Part shown: positions 28,701 to 37,600 of the stretch, in pieces | How the letters are laid out: every line of letters starts with the position of its first letter | Numbering within the stretch: position 1 is the first letter of the stretch | Virus record (IMG/VR): IMGVR_UViG_3300030329_006012 | Location: 126,226-190,225 of that record | DNA from: a virus | DNA: 64,000 nucleotides | Strand: one strand, 5' to 3' | Translations under genes and position numbers: made by a program | The notes under the pieces: model-generated | Seen by the model: the letters and a program-made list of their open reading frames with translations, nothing else | What the model was told of the DNA's origin: nothing | The model's database searches: none

Positions 28701-31700
28701 TTACATGGTTAAAACTAGGATGAAGAATTCATTGGCTGCTGATGGAAGCTTTACTTTAAAGCTTGGGGACTTTATGCCTATTGCGACAGATGATTTTGGG
28801 AACCCCATCCCGCCCAATTTGTGGACTAGCCCCGGCGGAGAAGAGAATATCACAGACTCGATTCACCACCTCAAGCGCAACGGCTTTCCCATAATTATTA
28901 AGTTTGAAAAAGGTGGCCTCTCTGATTCTGTTCCACTTGTCGCTCTTGACGGCGGATCCGATACCATAAACGTCATAGCCCCAAACAACATACATATATT
29001 CACAGCAGATGCGGAAGGGTATGTGAGTTCAGAACTGTACGCAGATAGTGAAAACAGCCCAGACTCTCATGACTCCGGAACAGATATCCAGATATATCAG
29101 GGTTCAAGAAAGTTACTACACGAAGATGATCCTTCTGCGCCGGCAGACAAAAAAGGGACTTACAGATTTGGATCTATATCCTACGGGGTGAAAGTGGGAA
29201 GCCCAAGCGAGAATGCTGAAGAGAACCTGTCAAATGGTCAAATGGTAGAGGTTCAATTGCGCTCAGACAATAGTGGAATAAATGTTGTGGGAGTCTCATC
29301 GGGATACACCAATCAGACAATTAAAATACCAGTCACAATAACCGCAAAAACTGGAGAGCAAATAACAGAGGGGCACGATATCCAACTGTTTTATTCCAAA
29401 ACAAAGGCTGGAAAAGATGGCACCGATCTAAAAGATAGAAATTTTGATTTTAGTCAGGGAGACACTGGGTGGAGTCTTGAGGGTGACTTAGGGACTGGCG
29501 CCGATATGATCTCGACGCAGATGTATACTGAGTCTGATCCTGATGCTGTTCACGGTGGAGCAGTTGGAGTGTTTGAACACTTATCTCTAGTAAATTCGGA
29601 CAGGTTTTTTGAATTAAGCGACAGCACTTGTACGCGGCCTATCTTCATATCCAAGGCACTCCCCATCGGAGGAACCGGAGAGACCTATACGGATACTACC
29701 GGAGAGATCGATGTCGAGCGACCAATGGACGAAGGAAAGTGGAAAATAAATTTTCGTGCAAGACCAAAGAATGGTTATACCGGAGGTTCAGTGAATCACG
29801 GGACACTAACGGAAACACGAGCGTGGGTTTTTATAAGGGCATTTAAGGGGACGGAAGAGGACGATTATAAAGATATGGTCTTTTGGTGGGATGAGGATCT
29901 CTACGACTCTCTTTTTGTAATTGGAGACGGATCCGGCGGTACAAAGTTTGGTGGCCAACTGATGGATGGCAAAGCAGAAGTCTGGTCAGTGCCGTTAATG
30001 GGCGGCGCAGGCAAGGGACTATATATGAACTGGGGTGCTGAGTTTACTCCTCACGACGTGCTTCAGTATTTCCCCGGTGCACACTCGTTTAAGATTGGGT
30101 TTGCGTTTTGTAACCATCAAGGAAACATGAAACTAGATGTAGATTTATTCCAAGCAGAGAGAATTCCTTATGCGTCGCTTATACACATAGATAGAGAAGC
30201 TTTTGAGTTAATAAGGGAAAATGAGAGGGCAGCAGTGACGAATGCTATAAACAACAGCGACCTCTCTAGTCGGTTCGGTCACATGGTTGGAGGTTCGGCA
30301 AAAACAATATCACAAGATCTCTTCAATGGGGAGTTAAAAGTTACAGACTCGCATGGACTGCCAGAGGGAATAATAATCACGAGATGGGATGACGACGTTA
30401 CCAGAGATAGCGATAGTGTTCTCTACATGGGAGAAGGAAATCTGGTGTTGCCATCAAAATTACAAACAAAGACACTGTTTTCAGAAGCCACCGATCAAAA
30501 TAAGAGAAACGGAATTGTTTTCAGGGCAATAAAAGTTCCCAGTCAAGATCACAAACTGCACGTATCCATAAAGTATCACACAACAGAGAACTCTAGCAAC
30601 GAGAAGCCGAGCGTGTATCTTTATGCAGCAGACGAAGACTTGTCTTTTGATCAAAAATACATCGGTTCCAAAACCAGCGAGTGGCGGTTCTCAGAAAATT
30701 CTAGCGGAGAATCTGGTAGTGACATTGTATACGAACGTGCTGGTTCGAACATGTATAAGGATCTTTTAAGCTTGGATGACAACACTGGCAACAACGCTGT
30801 CGCGAGTGCCAGCATTAGCTGTGATATTTCTGATGACGAATGGGAGGGCACCAATGATCTGGGAAATCCAAAATATATATCGATAGTCATTTACTCAGGG
30901 AACAGTGACAACAATTCGCAACTGTGGATACACGAGGTTACTGCAGAGTGGGAAGACACGATTGCTTCAGCAGCCAGGGCGAAGGCTGAGGCAGAAGCAG
31001 CAGCAGCCGGCGTTGAGCTCGTCAAGAATACGCAAGCAGACATGACCCTGCAGAGTTCGGCTGTTGTTAATGGAAGATTTGATGTTTTAGATTCTTTTGG
31101 ACAGCCCGCCAATGTTGCTTTTGTGAACTATAAATCCAATGGCACTCACACCTTTGTTGACCGTGATCAAGTAAACATTTGGGGCTTCGAAGAGACTGAA
31201 GATGATGGCAGATATTTCAGACTACAGGGGTATAATGACTCGTACACGAGGCAGAGGGCAATAATTTTTCCCGTCATCGCTGTTCCTGAAGGACATTATA
31301 TAGAGGTGAATTTTAAATTTAAGGGAGGCTTCACCAAGGATGGGTTATCCAATAACAGTTACGGACCTCGCGTTATGGCTTGGGCCACTTCGGAGGCGAT
31401 TGACGAGACGTCAACAACTCACCTTGGGTGGGCAAACATTGGTACTGCAGACGATGCTTTGTGGAAAGCAGACAATACATTTAAAAACAGTATACGAACC
31501 AGCGATGTCAAAACGAATTCCGCATCACCATATAGGTTCGAACCGTCCGAGGACTGGAAAGAAGAGACAGTAAGGATCAGACTTGACGATACTGATGCGA
31601 ATCCAAAGTTTTGTTCTATTTCTATTCATGGCGCTAGTCAATACTCTGCCCATACAACCACCCTGCATGGAGACTTGTATTTAAAATTTGTTAATGTAAC

Positions 31701-33123
31701 ATTCAAGAAGAATGTTTATTTGTCTGGCGATTCATTTCCGACTGATCTGATTAGTCAAACGGGAGATCAGTTCTTTTTTGAAAGCGGCGTCGAAGATTTT
31801 GGATATCTAACAACATATGGGAAAAAGAAGTTGTCTTTTGCAGTTGCTTCAGAAACATCCTATGGTTTTTTTGAGAATTTTGGAAGACAGGCATACGCCT
31901 ATTGGCCAGAACTATTAGATGCTCAGTGGAAAAAGACCACTGGGACTTGGCAAAACGTTATAAAACTTCAATATGATACACTAGCAGGTATCGATACAAG
32001 TTGGAAGAGTTCATACATTTTCGCCAGACACTATGCAAAAGACAACAATACATATTCCCAAAGCGTCTTGACGCATCGACGACCATTTTTCGGAAAGGGC
32101 ATGGTGAGAGTTCCTGATGTGCAGATCTGGGCTGTCTATCCCGGCTATTCAATATCCCAGGTCGAAAGCAGTTACGGGGATATTTACAGTGGTGGCACCG
32201 CAATGACATATTTGGATAACCATCCGGCAGCAAACATAAGGACATACGTATCATGCTTGCCTGATGGTGGGTCGAGGACCACGATAAAATCTTGGGATAG
32301 AGAGAATTACAACAGTGATGATTCAGATGCGTGGCACCCAGTAACTGCCACTGGACAGTGGCAGTTGCAGATTGTGGCTCGGTCTCTTGGGCATGGATTT
32401 AACTCGCCTTATTATGATGAGGATACCGGGAAGGTATCTAATCTTTTGTGCGTCGGCTTGGGTGCCATCGAGGTTATCTCGTTTACACCGACAACCGACG
32501 AGAAAAACGAGGCGAGGCTTTTTGAGTTGGCGGCATTGACAGCTAAGACAATAACTACCTTCACTGGTCAACACAAGTGCGCTTTTATTGGAGAAGAAGA
32601 AGGGCTCAAGACAGGGCTAATTGTATCCAGCGTTGGGAAGTATGACAATCTGAATTATGATCACCAAGGTGCTGATGAAGGAGAAGTTTCGACAAAGAGA
32701 CATTCTGTTAATCCCCAAGAAGCAGTTCCTGTTGTCGCCCTGACTTTTGAGGAAAGAGATAAAAAGGTGCTTGGCGTTGTTTGTGAAAAGTGGAATGGAA
32801 AATCTAAGAATAATTTATTCTTAACTGATGGCGAGAGATCCTCTACGACAGATCGCTACGAAATCAACTCACTCGGCGAAGGTGGCATCTGGGTTTCCAA
32901 CTTCGCGGGAGATCTAGAGAACGGAGATTACATCTGCTCCTCCAACATTCCAGGATACGGAATGAAACAAGATGACGATATTTTAAGAAACTACACAGTG
33001 GCAAAGATTACACAGGATTGTGCGTTCGACCTAGACTCAGAAATTTACGATTGTAAAGAAGTTGAACATGATGGTATAATGTACAAAGTCGCCTTTGTTG
33101 GGTGTACTTATCACTGCGGGTAA
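25711..33123 (+). CDS. Long tail fibre / receptor-binding protein (2470 aa)
   Basis: Four repeated N..H...AD..G.V modules with GxxG linkers; beta-rich central domains; C-terminal GEGGIWV...NGDYI.SS...CTYHCG domain. Confidence 0.75.
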   Translation: MAKQTRIPELVVGKISIDDGTGDNVYTLDVDNAEGTLRIGDNKNGSVATINQNTGRIEAASFAGDGSGLENLTLEDLEEIKGAKLLTLTANSLFFKFDAGGDPTPIRQEINLIPQVQNVDAPVYKWTSDDPTFVIPLGPGGSMAKIRERDFGDRSSLTITVEVEDLDLWDTVTLMRVSDGAQGESAIQVGLTNEVHNFAATSNGLVNPEDYATGGTDIIAYYGTQRLRAGKPSSKNDAFSPFFIVAAFSEGADATYPDDGYVVFPDKDHITPSNVPGDEKYIVAGPTNLRAAVGTVVFSIKAYVEEGADPIIVQKIQSLSKTSAGATGEDSLVVKLTADDYQFAYDSEGSNPKGGDDSRDPAYIVFTATPQNHGGLEQYRWFVDGEPWAPGDSDSGGRALDAGQQHEFTDSDKIRLYAEPSHSDFGGSKIVKVETTKTDGSCTNDICATDEQPVIATKDGSNAIQVVMSNAAHVYSADSDGLVDDPASGENEIWVYHGNDLLKPNSDVQEESDNFGGTVGGDIDTIEEAIDTLGPKEYFVVCNASDFITSEGRSRNTISVNNPTTNNNSITYVPGAMHAETNQAAIVYTIYLKDHSGAAASIIQTQTLARSKQGSPGTPGAHGTDGAGAKVVKLTSNDYQFAYDENGGNPKTGFGGNGTISLKAKTQGHQQNNLLCRFMYNGAPLAPSLENRSDVNSPWFPEGWFIANATTVDDGVIHRYHSLSVDWGDVSYDEFGKKRTIEVQTLEVGLTTDRLAIDETDENGDVLTWDDVKDRAHSAVDSISIIATKEGSNALEVVADNLSHAFVADNDGTVTDFTGGGIKFEAYIGNTPLKKWNEADGLTAFLEATGVTDTFFVTSGGTSDGISIANRVPWQFGDTVSAWETLQSFSKYYNTGYIDWKIHARDSTGELRPTRTLTQTFTKSKAGSNAPLVRLTSTSNIFSFEDAYDWTASPETITFYPTAQNLDGEIKEGDITFWKNDVDVSDKIKNYDQDGTAYMVKTRMKNSLAADGSFTLKLGDFMPIATDDFGNPIPPNLWTSPGGEENITDSIHHLKRNGFPIIIKFEKGGLSDSVPLVALDGGSDTINVIAPNNIHIFTADAEGYVSSELYADSENSPDSHDSGTDIQIYQGSRKLLHEDDPSAPADKKGTYRFGSISYGVKVGSPSENAEENLSNGQMVEVQLRSDNSGINVVGVSSGYTNQTIKIPVTITAKTGEQITEGHDIQLFYSKTKAGKDGTDLKDRNFDFSQGDTGWSLEGDLGTGADMISTQMYTESDPDAVHGGAVGVFEHLSLVNSDRFFELSDSTCTRPIFISKALPIGGTGETYTDTTGEIDVERPMDEGKWKINFRARPKNGYTGGSVNHGTLTETRAWVFIRAFKGTEEDDYKDMVFWWDEDLYDSLFVIGDGSGGTKFGGQLMDGKAEVWSVPLMGGAGKGLYMNWGAEFTPHDVLQYFPGAHSFKIGFAFCNHQGNMKLDVDLFQAERIPYASLIHIDREAFELIRENERAAVTNAINNSDLSSRFGHMVGGSAKTISQDLFNGELKVTDSHGLPEGIIITRWDDDVTRDSDSVLYMGEGNLVLPSKLQTKTLFSEATDQNKRNGIVFRAIKVPSQDHKLHVSIKYHTTENSSNEKPSVYLYAADEDLSFDQKYIGSKTSEWRFSENSSGESGSDIVYERAGSNMYKDLLSLDDNTGNNAVASASISCDISDDEWEGTNDLGNPKYISIVIYSGNSDNNSQLWIHEVTAEWEDTIASAARAKAEAEAAAAGVELVKNTQADMTLQSSAVVNGRFDVLDSFGQPANVAFVNYKSNGTHTFVDRDQVNIWGFEETEDDGRYFRLQGYNDSYTRQRAIIFPVIAVPEGHYIEVNFKFKGGFTKDGLSNNSYGPRVMAWATSEAIDETSTTHLGWANIGTADDALWKADNTFKNSIRTSDVKTNSASPYRFEPSEDWKEETVRIRLDDTDANPKFCSISIHGASQYSAHTTTLHGDLYLKFVNVTFKKNVYLSGDSFPTDLISQTGDQFFFESGVEDFGYLTTYGKKKLSFAVASETSYGFFENFGRQAYAYWPELLDAQWKKTTGTWQNVIKLQYDTLAGIDTSWKSSYIFARHYAKDNNTYSQSVLTHRRPFFGKGMVRVPDVQIWAVYPGYSISQVESSYGDIYSGGTAMTYLDNHPAANIRTYVSCLPDGGSRTTIKSWDRENYNSDDSDAWHPVTATGQWQLQIVARSLGHGFNSPYYDEDTGKVSNLLCVGLGAIEVISFTPTTDEKNEARLFELAALTAKTITTFTGQHKCAFIGEEEGLKTGLIVSSVGKYDNLNYDHQGADEGEVSTKRHSVNPQEAVPVVALTFEERDKKVLGVVCEKWNGKSKNNLFLTDGERSSTTDRYEINSLGEGGIWVSNFAGDLENGDYICSSNIPGYGMKQDDDILRNYTVAKITQDCAFDLDSEIYDCKEVEHDGIMYKVAFVGCTYHCG

Positions 33124-33126
33124 ATT

Positions 33127-33717
33127 ATGGAATCGGTGTTCGACAAGAAAGTTCTATTATTAGACAGTCGATTTAAGCCAATTCGAATTATTACAGTGCG
33201 CGGGGCCATCCATCTTTTATTTAGAGAGGTCGCGGAAGTGATGAATAGAAACTGGCAGAAATTTAATGTCACCGAGTGGATAGACGAAACTCAAAAAAAT
33301 CTTAAGTTAAACCCCAACCTGCGAGTCATTCGTTCCGTTACTTGTGCCTTTGCGGTTCCTGATGTGGTTTATCTAAAGAGCTTCAAGATGAGTTCCTATG
33401 CTTCTCGCTGCGCGTGTAATAAAAAAAATATAGTTCTAAGGGATCATAATACTTGCCAATATTGCGGAACTGTGGTATCATTAGACAAAGCGTCTATAGA
33501 CCATGTTCTCCCAAGTTCAAGGGGTGGGCAATATATCTGGACAAATGTTGCTACATCTTGTGTCACTTGTAATCAATCCAAGGGAGATAAGACACCAGAT
33601 GAGTGGGGCCGGCCACTGAAGAAAAAACCTGTCCCCCTAAAGTGGGATGTTAAATTTATTAGGGAAGTTTATTCTAAAATGAGGAATGGAAATGAAATCT
33701 GGAGGATGTTTTTATAA
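33127..33717 (+). CDS. HNH endonuclease (McrA-like)
   Basis: RDHNTCQYCG...SIDHVLPSSRGG...WTNVATSCVTCNQSKG. Confidence 0.92.
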   Translation: MESVFDKKVLLLDSRFKPIRIITVRGAIHLLFREVAEVMNRNWQKFNVTEWIDETQKNLKLNPNLRVIRSVTCAFAVPDVVYLKSFKMSSYASRCACNKKNIVLRDHNTCQYCGTVVSLDKASIDHVLPSSRGGQYIWTNVATSCVTCNQSKGDKTPDEWGRPLKKKPVPLKWDVKFIREVYSKMRNGNEIWRMFL

Positions 33718-34406
33718 TGGCAACTTTCGTACAAGGTGATTGGGTAGAGGTCGTACCACGGCCAGACTATTCATGGGAGCACTGGTCTGAAGATAATACC
33801 GCTCAGTGCGGCAAGACTGGCAAAATAACAAGAATCATGGAAGGCGACTGGGTAGACGAAATTTATGTTGAAGTTGAGTATCGAGGAGACAGGGCTTGGT
33901 TTAGTGACCACCACCTAATAAAAGTGGAAAAGTATGAAGAAATCTTTAAAGAGGCAATTCACAAAGCCTGTGACCAACTACAGCAGCACGAGAAAATATG
34001 TAAAAAGCTTCGTGATGAAATCTTGCATGAAGTCTTTGGAGATGAAACGATGGAGATGGAAGAGGTTGTCGAGCCACCACCGCCGGAAACAGATGATCAG
34101 TTTTTTAACGACTGGGAAGAGGTGACAACAAAAGAGGTTATCCCCCTCCCTGGAAACGGTGGTACCATGACGACGCCAACTGATCCAAAAGCACAGGCAA
34201 ATAGTCGGCGTAAAAAAGTCAGGAAAATAAAAAGTTTAGGAAACAAAAAGGTAATCAAAAAAGACGCATCCAAAAACCTCACGGACTCGTGGACTCTCTC
34301 GGATGAGGAAATCAGAGATCTCGAAGATTATCTGGATTCTCTTCCGAATTCCGGAATTCCCAACCAATCAGGTGATTATGATTATGAATACGACGAATTC
34401 GATTAA
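33717..34406 (+). CDS. SH3/KOW-like N-terminal domain + acidic/basic tail
   Basis: FVQGDWVEV...GKTGKI. Confidence 0.65.
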   Translation: MATFVQGDWVEVVPRPDYSWEHWSEDNTAQCGKTGKITRIMEGDWVDEIYVEVEYRGDRAWFSDHHLIKVEKYEEIFKEAIHKACDQLQQHEKICKKLRDEILHEVFGDETMEMEEVVEPPPPETDDQFFNDWEEVTTKEVIPLPGNGGTMTTPTDPKAQANSRRKKVRKIKSLGNKKVIKKDASKNLTDSWTLSDEEIRDLEDYLDSLPNSGIPNQSGDYDYEYDEFD

Positions 34407-34629
34407 AATTGGAGACTTAGTAAGAGAAAATGTCTTTAGGGAATACAACGATGCTTACGGCAGAGAATCTGTCTGGCGATACGGCATTGTTGTTGATGAA
34501 CTAACCATAAAGGGAGTTGTCCACGACAAGATGTGCAAAGTCTGCTGGTCTGCATGTCCGCGCTTTCCGGTTTCATCAAAACCATACACTTGCTTTGTTC
34601 AAGAAAAACAATTAGAGGTTGTTTCGTAA
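34384..34629 (+). CDS. Small SH3/KOW-like 'GDLV' protein
   Basis: IKIGDLVRE...YGIVV...KVCW. Confidence 0.7.
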   Translation: MNTTNSIKIGDLVRENVFREYNDAYGRESVWRYGIVVDELTIKGVVHDKMCKVCWSACPRFPVSSKPYTCFVQEKQLEVVS

Positions 34630-34684
34630 CTAAAAGCCTATTTATAGTGTAAAACATCCGTTTTTTATGTTATAATGGGCCAGT

Positions 34685-37600
34685 ATGAAAAACCTCGAAG
34701 ATAGAATCTACAATAAATTAGTTGAAAAACCTAACCCTCTCGAAAATCACCAATATATACAGAGAGTGTTAGGCATTAGTTTGCCATTGAACGAATCAGG
34801 CGCTACTTTCATATCCGAGAACATGAGAGAAGAGATTCTTGAAGAGCATATCCTCTATGAGAATTTTCTCAGAAACTTAGCAAGTCAGATAAGAACAGGT
34901 GCTAAAGAAGTAAAACAATTATTCCAAGCTTTCTATTCTATGATTGCCGACAAAACTGGTGGCAAGATTGAGGTTTTTACAAAATATCTTAGTCGACTCA
35001 TAAAACAACTTCGCAAAAAACTAGAAGGTGTATTGAATAAATTTGCCGGCGACACCCTACTAGAAGAAAAAATAAAAGAAAAAATACAAACACTTGCTGA
35101 CATGTATGACGAGGCAAAAGGCTGGAAAAGAGTTATGCTTGGCAGCACAGTGTATCTTATTGTAACCTATCTTGTTGACAAGGTGGAAGATGCTGTAGAG
35201 AACATTAAGAGCAGCGGAAATTTAAAAGATGAGCTGATAGACAGGATCGTTAATTCTGACTTTGCTCAAAGTATTCTCAAGACATTGGGGAACCCAGAAG
35301 CGTGGCTTGGCTGGATCGGTCCTGTTGTCGGTGGAACCAAGTTTGTCGCCAAAGTTTTAAACCCGATAACGAGTAGGGTGTCTCACGATCCGGAAAGTTT
35401 AGTTAGCGAAGAAACTAAAAAACTTACGAATGAACGCCTCGACGTTGGGGGCCAACTAAGCCGCTTGACTCAGATGATGATGGCCAGTGATGCATGTTGC
35501 GACACTGAGTCTATTTCTGGTTTGTGGTCAGAGAGTGATCCTCAATACGATATGTCTTTTCTCCTTCCCGAACCGGAATGGCGAGATTGGGAAGAAGGCG
35601 ATAGCTATGAGGAAGACAAAGAAGAGTGGATTGAAAAAGAGATGGAGAAACGTAGAGTTGCCGACAAGGGAATCTCTATGGAAGAAATCTACAAGTCCAG
35701 AGAAGAGCTCGGAGAACTATCTCGGCAGGGATTAGTACAAGACGGCATCGCAACGCGAAGTCCTGACGGCTCTGGTGCCGTTGTGAAAGTCTGGCGATGC
35801 GGATCAACCAAGCAAATGGATGACAGCGATCAACCTGTCACTTCTGTAACGTGGAGTGAGAAGTATGCGTATAGGTTCTGCCAAGGCAAGAAGAAATACA
35901 CACACCACAAGCACGACCACACCGAGGTTGATGCTTATTATGTAAATTTAAAAGACGTTCTTGTTTCAATCCCTCACGTTTGGGACAACGCCTATGACGA
36001 GAAGGAATTGCTTGTGCGACCACAGGATTTAATTCCGGTAGAAGGATACGAACGAAAGATGGAAAATAAAATATACGAACGCCTTGTTGGTGAAGAAAAA
36101 GAAATCAATTACAAAGACCACGCCAGTTTGACTTTTGATCAATTAAGCGATGCAGTTAGAACAGCACAAGACGCGAAAGAGAAAGCCGAAGAGAAGAAGA
36201 TGGCAAAGACTGTAATCCCAGGAGAGGACTACAGGAAGCTCGACAGCGTGTCTCCACATTTTGAAGTTGTTGTCCCTATGTCAACAAAGGCTTCTTGCAT
36301 TTATGGTGCTGGAACAAAATGGTGTACAGCGTCCAACGAGAAATACACCAAGAATTATTTTAGTGAGTATTATAATGAGAATGGCTACACTCTTTATTAT
36401 GTTCTCCCGAAAAAAGTTGATCCTGAACTGGCCAGACCTTTTGATTTCTTGGAAAAATCGCCGGAAGAGGTTGAAGACTTTGTTGGACAGTTTGATGATC
36501 TCTTCGAGGGAAAGAAAGAAGACTTAAAGAAGAAGTATCCACAGTTTGATTTGCCAGCCTATGGTGACGACACCGAATTAGCAGGAAAGCTTCGTGGCAT
36601 CGACAGAATGGCGCAAGACGATCCTTCTGGGAAAAACAAATACCTTCCTTGGATGGTAAAGCAGCTTGACAAGAAAACACCACGAGAAGAAGACGGCACA
36701 ATCAGCGATGTTGCAGCCGATGCTTGGCGGAGCAGAATTGTCAGACTCATTCAGCGGTATCACGACCTGTTGCCCTATATTGGCAAAAAGCCGGATCTAG
36801 ATAAGAAGAAAAAAGAAGAGAAACCTCAAGAGCAAAGCAGATACGACAAGATTGCCGTTGTTATGGATCCTGATGATGGAATCAATTCTGTTTATGATGC
36901 CGAAGACAATAGTGTCGAGATAACTTGGCTCACAGATGAGCTCCTTCCCTCGTGGGGATTTGAAAGAGGCGATGAAGCCGATTTAGTTTGGAGCAACCTC
37001 ATCGATGCAATACACGACGACTTAAAAGACAACCCAAACACTTCACACCAAGTTAGTGACTTTTGGGAAGCAGAAGCAGACGATGCCTACTTCAAACACC
37101 TCTCCATCAACAGTGGAACTGAAGCTAGTTATGGAAAATTAGAAGTCAGCTTCACCTGTTATGTTACACTATCTGTGCCAGACATCGATGCTGATTGGGC
37201 AAAGAGATACGACAACGATACATTCAGAGGAGAAGACAGATCCAGACTTATGAAGTATTGGGATTTTGTTCAGCAATGGCTGGACGTCGACGCGCTGTCC
37301 GAGAGAATCAAAGTGTTGGGTATGGCCCCTCTTAGAGAGTTTCCCGGTGCGCGAGCTCACAGCAGTCTCCCGCCAATAAAAGAAGAACTAAGCAAGTCTA
37401 ATGATGGCACACCACATATGGTGTTTAGCCAAAGCTGCACATATCGTTTCAAGCGAAACTGGCAGAATGACTGGCGGGACGATATGGAACCTAGCGCCAA
37501 GATAAGAGTTCAGAAAGCGGCAATCGAAAGTGTGTTCCGCTCCCTCAAGGATTTGGACGCTTCAATTGGCACAGCGTTTAACACCATATCCGCTGCAGCT

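Noticed and set aside
33127-33717. HNH as a mobile homing endonuclease/intron
   Set aside because: Free-standing McrA-like gene in normal operon spacing; no interrupted host gene or intron features
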